Positions 1 to 8,992 of a DNA stretch of 64,000 bases are shown in pieces. The number at the start of each line of letters is the position of its first letter. The first letter of the stretch is position 1. Position numbers and translations under genes: made by a program. The notes below the pieces were generated by a model, which worked only from the letters and a program-made list of their open reading frames with translations, was not told where the DNA came from and did no database searches. Source of the DNA: a virus (lineage: Duplodnaviria > Heunggongvirae > Uroviricota > Caudoviricetes); IMG/VR virus record IMGVR_UViG_3300033233_000005. One strand, given 5' to 3'.

Positions 1-245
1 ACCCTGTCCACGCCACTCATGTCAGTTCCCCCATATATCCATCTTATAAACCTCTACAGTATTCAAGAATTTAGATATTAGCATTATTTCTTCAATATCC
101 TCCCAGTACCCTGGCAGCACTTACAGGGCTTATATTGCCTATCTTCTTTAGCAGCCTCTTTTATAGTCATCCGTATTGCAAACCCAACCATACCTACTAA
201 TATAACCGCTAGCAACTCCAATAATACTTTCTCCATATCTCCTCC

Positions 246-512
246 CTATAGTCCAAACTGCCCAAAGTCACAGCTTTGGCACCTTATATACCCAGGATAG
301 ATATCCTCAGCCCTATGTTCCATACTTTTGAGTATCGGTTCCATTCCATGCAAAAGTCTCTCATAATTCCCGTCGTTTAGGTAATTGGTAATCAACTGGA
401 ATACTCCGGGTATAGGGTTATGTATGCCAAGCTGGTTGAGTATATCAACTCCAACATCTATGCCACAACTTCCACACTTCCATGTCGTCTCAAATTTATC
501 CGGTATACCCAT
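246..512 (-). CDS. hypothetical small protein with two CxxC pairs (Zn-ribbon-like)
   Basis: 88 aa ORF; belongs to the only minus-strand ORF block, at the AT-rich window start. Confidence 0.3.
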   Translation of the reverse strand: MGIPDKFETTWKCGSCGIDVGVDILNQLGIHNPIPGVFQLITNYLNDGNYERLLHGMEPILKSMEHRAEDIYPGYIRCQSCDFGQFGL

Positions 513-755
513 CAGGGAAGGCCAGGTGCAATCCGGTAAACGGGGGATATCAAGGTTTATCTACCCACTCCGACTTGACTACATTATCAACCAATAGATA
601 CCCCATAAGTCCGGTCTTGTCTATTCTAACTAGTATATCCCCGTCGCTTCCATCGCCTATAACTATACCACTAAGCAGAGTGGCAGTATGTTTGGTGCCT
701 ACCCAAACGCCAGACTTTTCCTCATCGACTTCCTTCCACCAGACTCGTAAGTGCA

Positions 756-974
756 TTAGTGTATGAGCTCCCTCTTGAAGGCCCTCTTGCAGACTGGCCT
801 ATACTTATCGGCCAGGTCCTTTATTGCTAGCCTGAGAGACGTCCTATCTACCAGGAAACTGTCCTGCCAGACCTTGCTGTATGCTGGATAGTCCTCTAGC
901 AGGGCATGGACCCTAGTGAGGACCATTTGAACCTCCATCAGATATTTAGGTGTCTTAGTCAATTTTGGTACCAT
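756..974 (-). CDS. hypothetical protein
   Basis: 72 aa minus-strand ORF in the AT-rich leader region. Confidence 0.3.
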   Translation of the reverse strand: MVPKLTKTPKYLMEVQMVLTRVHALLEDYPAYSKVWQDSFLVDRTSLRLAIKDLADKYRPVCKRAFKRELIH

Positions 975-1435
975 CTGGCAGCATTACTGAACCATCCCCA
1001 GGTAGTAGAGCAACCAGATAGCATAGTACTACTAAACCACTGCACACCAACATTTGTTCAATATTCATATTCATATCTTCCTCCCGGTGATCTGGTAAAA
1101 CTTTTTCTTGAATCTTCTAACAAATAGTTCGCCCCGAAATAGAACATACGCAGTTAGAATCCAGTAGATAATAACCAGAATCCAGATCAACTTGGACATC
1201 AGAAAGATACCACCGACCCTAGTAAGATAGCCAAGGCTATAGCAAATAGGCCAGCCGGTACCCAATCCTTCTTAAAGGATAGAAAAACCATGCGGTTCAC
1301 TATGAACAGACCAAACAGACCACGTACTAGAATTAGAGCGTTCATCCACTCGAATTTATACGCTGAGCAGGATTACCCTATAATATACTATATACCCTAC
1401 TATTACTATTCAGCGAGAGGAAGATTGAGCTCCGT

Positions 1436-1538
1436 GTTGGGAGGGGCGGGCGGCCGGGGGCCTCCCCGGACCCCCTCCCAAGGGTGGTGGGGAGTTGTGG
1501 GGTATCTAGGGGAGTGGTAGGGATGTGGAGGGGGTTGG
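1436..1538 (+). repeat. G-tract-rich low-complexity segment (potential G-quadruplex) at strand-switch region
   Basis: runs GGGAGGGGCGGGCGGCCGGGGG, GGTGGTGGGGAG, GTGGGG, GGGG, GGAGGGGG read directly. Confidence 0.4.
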
Positions 1539-1605
1539 TACCTCCAATACCTACCCACGGGTGGCAACATCCGGGGTATACTCTCTGCAACAGGAGGCTA
1601 CTACT

Positions 1606-1872
1606 ATGGCTGGCAACACGACGGTGAAGGTGCAGGTCCGGGATGTCTGTCTCTGGACCGGTGGCAAGGCGGGCGAGGCCGAGGCGGGCTTGGTGAAGGG
1701 GAACCCCAACGGGGTGACCCTGGGTCTGCCCAACGGCGAGAAGGTGAAGTTCATGCCGATGAAGGGGACCTCCGTCCCCGCGCTCAAGCCCACCGAGGGC
1801 AAGGAGGCCTGGACCAAGTTCTACGAGGCGAACCGGGGGAAGACCGTCGATCTGGCGGTCGTGGGGGCGTAA
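1606..1872 (+). CDS. hypothetical protein (high-GC gene)
   Basis: ATG preceded by AGGAGG; about 65% GC versus about 45% background. Confidence 0.5.
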   Translation: MAGNTTVKVQVRDVCLWTGGKAGEAEAGLVKGNPNGVTLGLPNGEKVKFMPMKGTSVPALKPTEGKEAWTKFYEANRGKTVDLAVVGA

Positions 1873-2176
1873 ACCCACCCAACCCCTCAAGCCGAGGGCA
1901 GTCCACGGGGAGAAAACCGTGGGCTGTAAGGCACGAAGGTCGGTCCCAAGTCCGACCTAAACTGGAGGTTAAATTGTGATGCGTTAGTAATATGCGCCCC
2001 ACCCTGTAATGGTTGATACCTAGGTGTGGGCGCAGGTTTCATCTGATTCGCGATAATTGCGAATATCGAAGTAGGGTTGGTATGGCGAACTGCGCCAGGA
2101 AAAGCCTGTGGCGCGATGCGGGGTTAGAGTAACCATCTGGCCTAATTTTATACTAGGCAAAGGTTGGTGGTAAGAA

Positions 2177-2473
2177 GTGGCCAAAATCGATATGGAAGGC
2201 GAGCTGGATATCAAGGAAGTGGAAATTATCCAGCAGACGCTGACCCAGGTGAAGATTAAACTGGGTGGCAGGGAAGTTCCGCACGGCGGGATCCAGTTCC
2301 CGTCTCAGGATGAACTGGATGTCCCGATCAGTATGCTGACCGCAGAGGACTGTGCCAAGGAGTTGCTCCAGGAGGAGATCCCAAGGCTGGTTCGGATCGG
2401 GCACGCGCTGAAGCAGGTGCGGGATGCAAACCTGCGGGATCTGGGAGTCCAGATTGGATTGAAAGTCAGGTAA
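2177..2473 (+). CDS. hypothetical protein
   Basis: 98 aa ORF, acidic, plausible composition. Confidence 0.45.
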   Translation: MAKIDMEGELDIKEVEIIQQTLTQVKIKLGGREVPHGGIQFPSQDELDVPISMLTAEDCAKELLQEEIPRLVRIGHALKQVRDANLRDLGVQIGLKVR

Positions 2474-2533
2474 GGAGGGAGTAACTCCCTTTCCCTGAGA
2501 CCAAGTGTAAACTATATCTCGAAGGAGGTTAAT

Positions 2534-2929
2534 GTGGCCAAGGATGAAAAGAAGGACCTGAAGGTCTTCTCCAAGGAGGAGATCGCTCAGATGGATCAGG
2601 TGTACGACCAAGTGGTAACATTGCTCAAGACGCTGCCCAAGGAGATCGACTATACTCTCCACGTGGGACCCAGACAGGCTGGCTACAATTCGGTGGCGTA
2701 CCGACTGATTGTGTTGGGGAGTGCGATGCAGGCCATTGAGGAAGATGTAATGGAAGACCCTTCTTCCAACCCTCTCCGGATGTTGATGCTCATGACTCTG
2801 TTTGGACAGATGAAGCAGATGCTGGTCAAGCTGGGGATCCAGGAGGTGCTGGCTGACATGGCCAAACAGTGGACCAACGATCCGATGAAGCCAAACAAAA
2901 TGACCGGGCCAGGGCTGGTCGGCAAGTGA
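2534..2929 (+). CDS. hypothetical protein
   Basis: GTG start after GAAGGAGG; 131 aa. Confidence 0.5.
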   Translation: MAKDEKKDLKVFSKEEIAQMDQVYDQVVTLLKTLPKEIDYTLHVGPRQAGYNSVAYRLIVLGSAMQAIEEDVMEDPSSNPLRMLMLMTLFGQMKQMLVKLGIQEVLADMAKQWTNDPMKPNKMTGPGLVGK

Positions 2930-2986
2930 TTGAGATAGTTACTTTGGATCAAGTTTCTAAGTTTCCCAACCTGAAGGAGGTATTCG

Positions 2987-3295
2987 ATGGAACTGCAGAA
3001 GCAGCACCGGTACAAGACGGTTCGGGAGGTGATCGGGGTGCGGGCGCGGTGGACGCACGGGTACGGGGTGGCGGAGGATACGCGGGCGACGGACCCGGAC
3101 CGCATCCGCTACTGGGAGATCCAGGTCCGACACGTGGCTGAATTCCCGCCTGAGGTCCGCGCCAGGATCGCGGCTCGCTACCACTTCGACGCCAAGACGG
3201 GCGAGGCCGAGAAGGGTGGTCGGGTGAAGGTGGTCATCGTCGGCATCACCGACGAGATCAAGGACCAGAGCGACACGAACCCGATCCAGTTCTAG
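2987..3295 (+). CDS. hypothetical protein (high-GC)
   Basis: RBS GAAGGAGG then ATG; 102 aa. Confidence 0.55.
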   Translation: MELQKQHRYKTVREVIGVRARWTHGYGVAEDTRATDPDRIRYWEIQVRHVAEFPPEVRARIAARYHFDAKTGEAEKGGRVKVVIVGITDEIKDQSDTNPIQF

Positions 3296-3568
3296 GAAGT
3301 AAAGCTGGGCTATCTGTTAGGGTAGCCCAGCCGCAATCATCACATCGCAGGCGTCCAGGCTCCTTTGATCTCGGAGCTTTAGCGACTTCATTTGGCCGAG
3401 TCAGCGAAATAGTCGCATATCTGTTAGGGCCTAGTTAGATATCTGTTAGGATATCACTGTGTGGCCACCGCGCATGTAGCTAGCAAAAGCTCGTGAAAAA
3501 TGCGCGCTAGAAGACCGAAGCGATGTTATGGGACAATGTGTATCACAAAGGAGGCTACCGTGGTTTAT

Positions 3569-3805
3569 ATGACTCCTGCTATCCAGAAAATCATTGAGAA
3601 GGCGGTCCAGCGGTGGATTAAGCTTGACTTCAATCCCAGAACGGGCATGGTTAGTATCTCCCCTGACGGCCTCAGGACGATGATACATGGGCTAGTAATT
3701 ATTGCCCTCAACGAGGGAAAGTATGCGCGGAGGGGGCGGAAGCAATCTTCTCCCACTCCTTCCGTTCAGCCCGCGTTTCATTCTGGTACAGTACTTAAAC
3801 AGTAG
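3569..3805 (+). CDS. hypothetical protein
   Basis: internal ATG after AAGGAGG within ORF 3500..3805. Confidence 0.3.
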   Translation: MTPAIQKIIEKAVQRWIKLDFNPRTGMVSISPDGLRTMIHGLVIIALNEGKYARRGRKQSSPTPSVQPAFHSGTVLKQ

Positions 3806-3826
3806 AGCCACCTAACTCGCAATAAT

Positions 3827-4408
3827 ATGCCTACCCACACCCACTATCTCGACCGGGTCTGGACCGGCCCCAAACACTGGTACTACGTACGCATGGACGG
3901 TAACTGGACCAGGATTCAGCCAGTCAAAGTAAATTTCCATGACTCCTTTGAAGAATCTTACCGGTACGTACGGGAACGAATTGAGAACCTGTCCTGCTGG
4001 ATGACCACACACCGGCCCGGCATGTTAGACCTCCCTTTCAGGAACTGGCCTCTATACCAGAAGATGCTAGAACTGGGAGTAACTGTGAAGATTACTGATC
4101 TACTGTACTGGACTCATGCTGGATCGTACTGTTCTGAACTTAAACTTATCTCCCTGAGAGATCCTAAACTCAGTACATGGATGCACGAAATAGGGCATGC
4201 GGCAGAAGATAAACTGAGACTAAAGGCAGACGAGGTAGTGGCGGAAACAGCAGGGTGGGTAACGCGAAAGATGCTGGGCCTGAACTGTGACGAGTATAAG
4301 TCGGCCAGGTATATAAGGAATTATCTGGGTACTTGGACAAGCCGGTATAAGAAGATGTCTGGAGCCAAGAGAAGCGTGAAGCTAGTCGTACAGGAGTTAC
4401 TGTCATGA
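3827..4408 (+). CDS. putative zincin-like metallopeptidase (HEIGH motif)
   Basis: WMHEIGHAAED HExxH motif; ATGA-coupled to the downstream array. Confidence 0.5.
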   Translation: MPTHTHYLDRVWTGPKHWYYVRMDGNWTRIQPVKVNFHDSFEESYRYVRERIENLSCWMTTHRPGMLDLPFRNWPLYQKMLELGVTVKITDLLYWTHAGSYCSELKLISLRDPKLSTWMHEIGHAAEDKLRLKADEVVAETAGWVTRKMLGLNCDEYKSARYIRNYLGTWTSRYKKMSGAKRSVKLVVQELLS

Positions 4409-4680
4409 CAATAAAGTGGTATTGCATGACGCTTAATAGAGGTTCTATCCGTTTTGAGATAGAAGGCAGATTATATAATTGGTATCATGATATTGATAAT
4501 TCAGATACGACTACACCAATAGTAATTACATTCTGGAGGGACACAGTAGACATTAACGTCTTGTTTCCATATAATGCCTCACAACATACGCTGAATCCGG
4601 TTCAGTATAGGGTGATGAAGTTTATAAACGAGAATCCTGAAATTATCTTTGATCCCCTTTGGGACGGAATTATACCATGA
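4405..4680 (+). CDS. DPLW-tail family protein (tandem array member 1)
   Basis: MTIKWY...NENPEIIFDPLWDGIIP; ATGA overlap upstream. Confidence 0.7.
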   Translation: MTIKWYCMTLNRGSIRFEIEGRLYNWYHDIDNSDTTTPIVITFWRDTVDINVLFPYNASQHTLNPVQYRVMKFINENPEIIFDPLWDGIIP

Positions 4681-4988
4681 AGGAATGCGGCAAGGAGATC
4701 ATGAAACTGACATGGCTAGCGCACCCACTTGCTATAGGTAAGTACTGGGTTATGGTCAAAGTTAACGATCAGATTATCATGGTCTCGATGACGATGGCAG
4801 AACGGGTACGACTAACAAAGCGTCGGGAGGAGGAGATAGGATATGTTGTATACCACATCGATGAACTTATCAGAGAATTGGCAAATAATCACGATTCTGA
4901 AAATGTTCAATATAATAAGGCCCTCAAGTTTCTTAATAATCACCCGGAGTACCTGTTTGACCCCCTTTGGAATGGAATTATACCATGA
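4677..4988 (+). CDS. DPLW-tail family protein
   Basis: MKECGKEIMKLTWLAH...LNNHPEYLFDPLWNGIIP; ATGA overlap. Confidence 0.7.
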   Translation: MKECGKEIMKLTWLAHPLAIGKYWVMVKVNDQIIMVSMTMAERVRLTKRREEEIGYVVYHIDELIRELANNHDSENVQYNKALKFLNNHPEYLFDPLWNGIIP

Positions 4989-5308
4989 AGATCACTTGGT
5001 ATCTGATATCAGACCTTGGGACGGCGATGATCCTATTCAAGGTAGACAAAATAGACATATGGTTTACTTATCATTATGTGTACCATACTGAAATGAAACG
5101 CCAGGTAGTAAAGATACTTATGCTGAAAAATCAAAATGGTTGGGTACAGAGTCCGGTAAGTGAATACTCATATAGACTTGCTCATGCTCAGGTGACGCCT
5201 AGGAACCAACCTGTTGGTAATGCTGCTATTATCAAGAAGATAGAGAAGTTTGTTAAAAATAATACAACCATAATATTTGATCCCCTTTGGGACGGAATTA
5301 TACCATGA
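4985..5308 (+). CDS. DPLW-tail family protein
   Basis: MKITWYLI...IIFDPLWDGIIP; ATGA overlap. Confidence 0.7.
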   Translation: MKITWYLISDLGTAMILFKVDKIDIWFTYHYVYHTEMKRQVVKILMLKNQNGWVQSPVSEYSYRLAHAQVTPRNQPVGNAAIIKKIEKFVKNNTTIIFDPLWDGIIP

Positions 5309-5589
5309 AGCACAACCTTGAATGGTACTACTTTATGTCAGGTGTCGATTATGTTTACTCGGTATTTAAGTATAAGGGATTGGTACACGACTGGGTATAT
5401 GACAACAAGGGTCATAAGGTAAACGTACAACTGGGATGCCATTGGGGAGAACATGAAAATAAAGACTTGATACCATTGGGTGCCGAGATGATGGAACGGA
5501 TCAAACCCGATGACATAAGGGTAATAAAATTTCTAGATGAGAATCCAGGCATCTGGAACGATCCGTTATGGGACAGGATAGTACCATGA
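5305..5589 (+). CDS. DPLW-tail family protein
   Basis: ...FLDENPGIWNDPLWDRIVP; ATGA overlap. Confidence 0.7.
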   Translation: MKHNLEWYYFMSGVDYVYSVFKYKGLVHDWVYDNKGHKVNVQLGCHWGEHENKDLIPLGAEMMERIKPDDIRVIKFLDENPGIWNDPLWDRIVP

Positions 5590-5852
5590 AGCTGGAATGG
5601 CTGAGAGATAAGATCACCGGCATAGTGTTTTACAGGGTAAACGGTCTGATCTACCATTGGGTCTTACGTGAAGGCAAGGTTAAACTCGGTAAGCCTGGAT
5701 TCCTACTCAGCCCACAAAGCATGATCATCGCCGCCGATCGTTTGGAACCGTTAATAGATTATTATGGCTTGGATGAATACCGACTGCCGGTGGTGTTGTT
5801 TCTAGATAAGAATCCTGAACTCGTCTTTGATCCCTTTGGGATGGAACTATAA
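5586..5852 (+). CDS. DPLW-tail family protein, C-terminal motif disrupted by a 1-nt deletion in a C-run
   Basis: MKLEWLRD...LDKNPELVFDPFGMEL*; tccctttggg versus tcccctttggg in paralogs. Confidence 0.55.
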   Translation: MKLEWLRDKITGIVFYRVNGLIYHWVLREGKVKLGKPGFLLSPQSMIIAADRLEPLIDYYGLDEYRLPVVLFLDKNPELVFDPFGMEL

Positions 5853-5853
5853 C

Positions 5854-6123
5854 ATGAGGACCTGGTATGTTCGGTATACCAAGGGGTACAGAGAAGGAAT
5901 ACTTGAATCCTTATATTTACAATCTGGAACCAAATGGTTTTCCATCAGGCACAATCTGGCTGGAGGCACGAGCCTGAGTAATTCGTTAATCGTAAATATC
6001 GAACTGATGGTCAAGGTAATAAGCAAGGATCGGATATATCATAAGCATCAGGTAGCCATGGACTTTATGGAAGCCAACCCAGACATTGAATTTGACCCAC
6101 TCTGGGACAGGAGGATACTGTGA
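5854..6123 (+). CDS. DPLW-tail family protein
   Basis: MRTWYVRY...MEANPDIEFDPLWDRRIL. Confidence 0.65.
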   Translation: MRTWYVRYTKGYREGILESLYLQSGTKWFSIRHNLAGGTSLSNSLIVNIELMVKVISKDRIYHKHQVAMDFMEANPDIEFDPLWDRRIL

Positions 6124-6380
6124 AAATCTCCTGGTACATCGGCCACGGGGCTTACTGGGCCAAGGTGAACGACCAGTGGTACCAGATTTACATACTCGGG
6201 CCGTACATGGGTGGTGAATTGATGGTTACCAGAACTCTCTGGAAGGAATTGGATGCTCCTGTCGGTGTGAAACCGGTTGATCTAAAACGTACCTCGTGGA
6301 TTGAAAACAATATGATGGATCACTTCAATTACAACCCCGGCTATCTGTTTGATCCGTTGTGGAATGGGAGGATAATGTGA
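6120..6380 (+). CDS. DPLW-tail family protein
   Basis: GTGA overlap; KISWYIG...NYNPGYLFDPLWNGRIM. Confidence 0.65.
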   Translation: MKISWYIGHGAYWAKVNDQWYQIYILGPYMGGELMVTRTLWKELDAPVGVKPVDLKRTSWIENNMMDHFNYNPGYLFDPLWNGRIM

Positions 6381-6682
6381 GCAAAGCTACCTGGTGGTAC
6401 GATTTCACTGACGATGGAAGGTATGTGGTAGCATGCTTTGAAGTTGAGGGTAAATACTTCTCTTGGAATGCTGAAGGCAAGGTATTAGAATCTCATACAG
6501 CAGATCATAGCGGTTATACCGAATTCGATGAAACCCACTGTAAGCTGGTGTTTAAACTGCTTGAATATAGGTTTCCTAACTCACAAGGCTTTAGTTACGC
6601 CTTTGCTATGACTATGTTTAAACTGATCAACGCCAATCCTCAGATTGTGTTTGATCCTCTATGGGATAGAAAGATTATATGA
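6377..6682 (+). CDS. DPLW-tail family protein
   Basis: GTGA overlap; ...INANPQIVFDPLWDRKII. Confidence 0.6.
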   Translation: MSKATWWYDFTDDGRYVVACFEVEGKYFSWNAEGKVLESHTADHSGYTEFDETHCKLVFKLLEYRFPNSQGFSYAFAMTMFKLINANPQIVFDPLWDRKII

Positions 6683-6996
6683 AGGTTAGATGGTTTAGAA
6701 TGCCGATCCCGTTGGCTGGTGATACTTATCTGGAAGTTAACGGAAGAGAATTTGATGTAGTGGTTGAGGACATAATCCTGCCCTATCCACATGCATCACA
6801 TAAACTTGCTAAACTAGATAGGGCCGCCGTCAAACTGACTCCGGTAATAATAGTGCATCCAGCCAATAAGCAATACCTTAATACCAGGGATTTTAGGCGC
6901 ATGGATTATACATGGCGGCGTTGTATCCTCTACCTGAGCAACAATCCCGGCCTGATATTCGATCCCCTGTGGGATAAGGAGGTACCGCTAACATGA
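6679..6996 (+). CDS. DPLW-tail family protein
   Basis: ATGA overlap; MKVRWFRM...SNNPGLIFDPLWDKEVPLT. Confidence 0.65.
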   Translation: MKVRWFRMPIPLAGDTYLEVNGREFDVVVEDIILPYPHASHKLAKLDRAAVKLTPVIIVHPANKQYLNTRDFRRMDYTWRRCILYLSNNPGLIFDPLWDKEVPLT

Positions 6997-7139
6997 CCGA
7001 ATGGCGTCTGATCGCGTGGGCGTACGACCTGATCCGGCATCGGGTTCAGTTTCACTACTGGCCGGGCAACGGCCTGCGATATTACATCGTGCCGACGGCC
7101 GCCCGCGAGGCCCTGTTGTGGTTGGCATCCAGAACATGA
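6993..7139 (+). CDS. small high-GC ORF inserted in the array
   Basis: ATGA-coupled 48 aa ORF MTEWRLIAWAYDLIRH...; about 62% GC. Confidence 0.3.
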   Translation: MTEWRLIAWAYDLIRHRVQFHYWPGNGLRYYIVPTAAREALLWLASRT

Positions 7140-7444
7140 TGCTAGATAGCTGGGCAGTAGACCTCAACACATCGATGTTTAATTATAAGGGTAAGTTATA
7201 TTCTGCCCTATTAGTAACGCCTAGTGGACCACCTAGCGCCATCTTGATCAGAGAGGAGAGAGGATATATAGATCAAAGGCCGATTGTCAAAGGCGTTAGA
7301 CATTTGATTATTGACAAAGTTCTGGGCCTAGCCAAGGACAGCGGTTTACTAGACGACCCGCTGGCCTGGGATAATATCGGCAGTAATAAGCACATGTGGG
7401 TGAATACCGCTGGCCATTTGGTTCAACTAACGGACAGAACATGA
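7136..7444 (+). CDS. DPLW-tail family protein (DPLAW variant)
   Basis: MMLDSW...LLDDPLAWDNIGSNKH. Confidence 0.55.
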   Translation: MMLDSWAVDLNTSMFNYKGKLYSALLVTPSGPPSAILIREERGYIDQRPIVKGVRHLIIDKVLGLAKDSGLLDDPLAWDNIGSNKHMWVNTAGHLVQLTDRT

Positions 7445-7713
7445 ATAAGTGGTTCGTTGACAAGAACACCATCTATGGACAGCGAGAACTGTACATGCTG
7501 GGAATCGACGGCAACCTGTACATGGTGATTTCAGCAACGATCCTAGAGGGAGCATTGCTTAGGAAGATGCACGATGGGTTAGGCAATCACGATGGTCTGT
7601 TTCCTTTGTCTGACGCACATCAGTTGACCAAGCAGCAACTGGATATGTACGCCTTTATGAATGCTAATCCAAACATTGTCTATGACCCGCTCTGGGATGG
7701 CTGGTCGGCATGA
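7441..7713 (+). CDS. DPLW-tail family protein
   Basis: ATGA; MNKWFVDK...MNANPNIVYDPLWDGWSA. Confidence 0.65.
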   Translation: MNKWFVDKNTIYGQRELYMLGIDGNLYMVISATILEGALLRKMHDGLGNHDGLFPLSDAHQLTKQQLDMYAFMNANPNIVYDPLWDGWSA

Positions 7714-8006
7714 TTAAGATAAAGTTCTTGGTTGGTGGTCGGCACGGGGCGTTCTATCCGTATGCTATTGTCGGCAAGCGCACATACTTTATCGACACCA
7801 GGTGGTATAGCTTTAAACTGGTAGAGGTAGACTCAAATAATAATGAGGCATTTACCACCAGGCAGCTGACCAAAGTCTTAAAAGATAACATCGGTCTGAT
7901 CAATGACCCCCTGGCCTGGAAGGAAAAGAAGATTGGTAGTACGACCGAAAGGACACTTAAAATCGGCAAGTCACTCAACAAAATCAAGAAAGGAGATTAC
8001 ACCTGA
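7710..8006 (+). CDS. DPLW-tail family protein (DPLAW variant)
   Basis: ATGA; MIKIKFL...IGLINDPLAWKEKKIG. Confidence 0.6.
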   Translation: MIKIKFLVGGRHGAFYPYAIVGKRTYFIDTRWYSFKLVEVDSNNNEAFTTRQLTKVLKDNIGLINDPLAWKEKKIGSTTERTLKIGKSLNKIKKGDYT

Positions 8007-8094
8007 TCACCCTCAAGCGTCTGGTGTTCTTCCTGCTGATATTTATTGATGACGCGATTATCGTAGCCCTGGCCCTATGGAGGAAATTTCACGG

Positions 8095-8388
8095 ATGAAA
8101 CGTACCTGGCTGGTGGCCGAAGGTATCCACGAGGGACACTTACAGTTGTTCATGACGGTCGAGGACGAGATGTTTCAACACTGGTTCAAGGTCAGCTATC
8201 AGGTTATCGGATTTGACCACAGGCCGCGCTTGCACGAGTACCATTATGCCCTCAATCTAGAATTCCGTGAGATCGATCCCAACGGAAACCTCTCTATGTT
8301 AGACGCACCTCAGATTGCAGTAATCAGATTTGTAGAATCACATCCTGGCATTGAATTTGATCCCCTCTGGGATAGGATTGCTATATGA
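8095..8388 (+). CDS. DPLW-tail family protein
   Basis: MKRTWLVAEG...ESHPGIEFDPLWDRIAI; upstream ATG at 8077 also possible. Confidence 0.6.
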   Translation: MKRTWLVAEGIHEGHLQLFMTVEDEMFQHWFKVSYQVIGFDHRPRLHEYHYALNLEFREIDPNGNLSMLDAPQIAVIRFVESHPGIEFDPLWDRIAI

Positions 8389-8696
8389 AAATTATTTGGC
8401 GCATGCGTCCATTGCAATATTCTATCACGTTTAAACTGGGTCGGCAGTGGTATGAAGTAGAAGCCACCGATACCCTGTGGAGTTTGACTGGTGGACATAA
8501 GCCGACCGGGATTTTGATTCGCAAGATGCGTAAGCCATACACCCATACTATCGAGCCTAGCCCCATTCACCCTTTGCGTGTCATTATGGAGAAACATCAC
8601 AGCATCGTTAATGACCCGCTGGCCTGGAGTGAACGGTCGTGTCTTATGTTCTTGAAGATATTAAAGAACGACGTGAAGGTAATACAGGCCGGATGA
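8385..8696 (+). CDS. DPLW-tail family protein (DPLAW variant)
   Basis: ATGA; MKIIWRMR...HHSIVNDPLAWSERS. Confidence 0.6.
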   Translation: MKIIWRMRPLQYSITFKLGRQWYEVEATDTLWSLTGGHKPTGILIRKMRKPYTHTIEPSPIHPLRVIMEKHHSIVNDPLAWSERSCLMFLKILKNDVKVIQAG

Positions 8697-8992
8697 AAAT
8701 TACCTGGTTTAGTGGCGATACAGCTCCAAACGGGCGTATCAAAGACGGATTGTGGGTCTACTTCATGGTAGAGGGGGTAGACACCCTCTATACATGGCAG
8801 GGACACAATGATAGCTTTATAAAGATACAGCGTGTGCCCAGTTATATGGAATCCGGCATAGGGCTGACCCAGATATCATCAAACGATGTGAGAATACAGC
8901 CGCTGCAAAGGGACGTCATCAAATTCTTAACAGCACACACAGAACTAATATTTGATCCGTTGTGGAACGGAAACACAGAGGAGGTTAAATGA
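8693..8992 (+). CDS. DPLW-tail family protein
   Basis: ATGA; MKITWFSG...TAHTELIFDPLWNGNTEEVK. Confidence 0.65.
   Translation: MKITWFSGDTAPNGRIKDGLWVYFMVEGVDTLYTWQGHNDSFIKIQRVPSYMESGIGLTQISSNDVRIQPLQRDVIKFLTAHTELIFDPLWNGNTEEVK

Noticed and set aside
1378-1890. Long minus-strand ORFs in high-GC segments (1378..1890, 16008..17186, 16750..17010, 31634..32401, 36297..37022, 36742..37263)
   Set aside because: Each lies antisense to a plus-strand gene with a recognisable domain or RBS and occurs only where GC is high. They are typical shadow ORFs.
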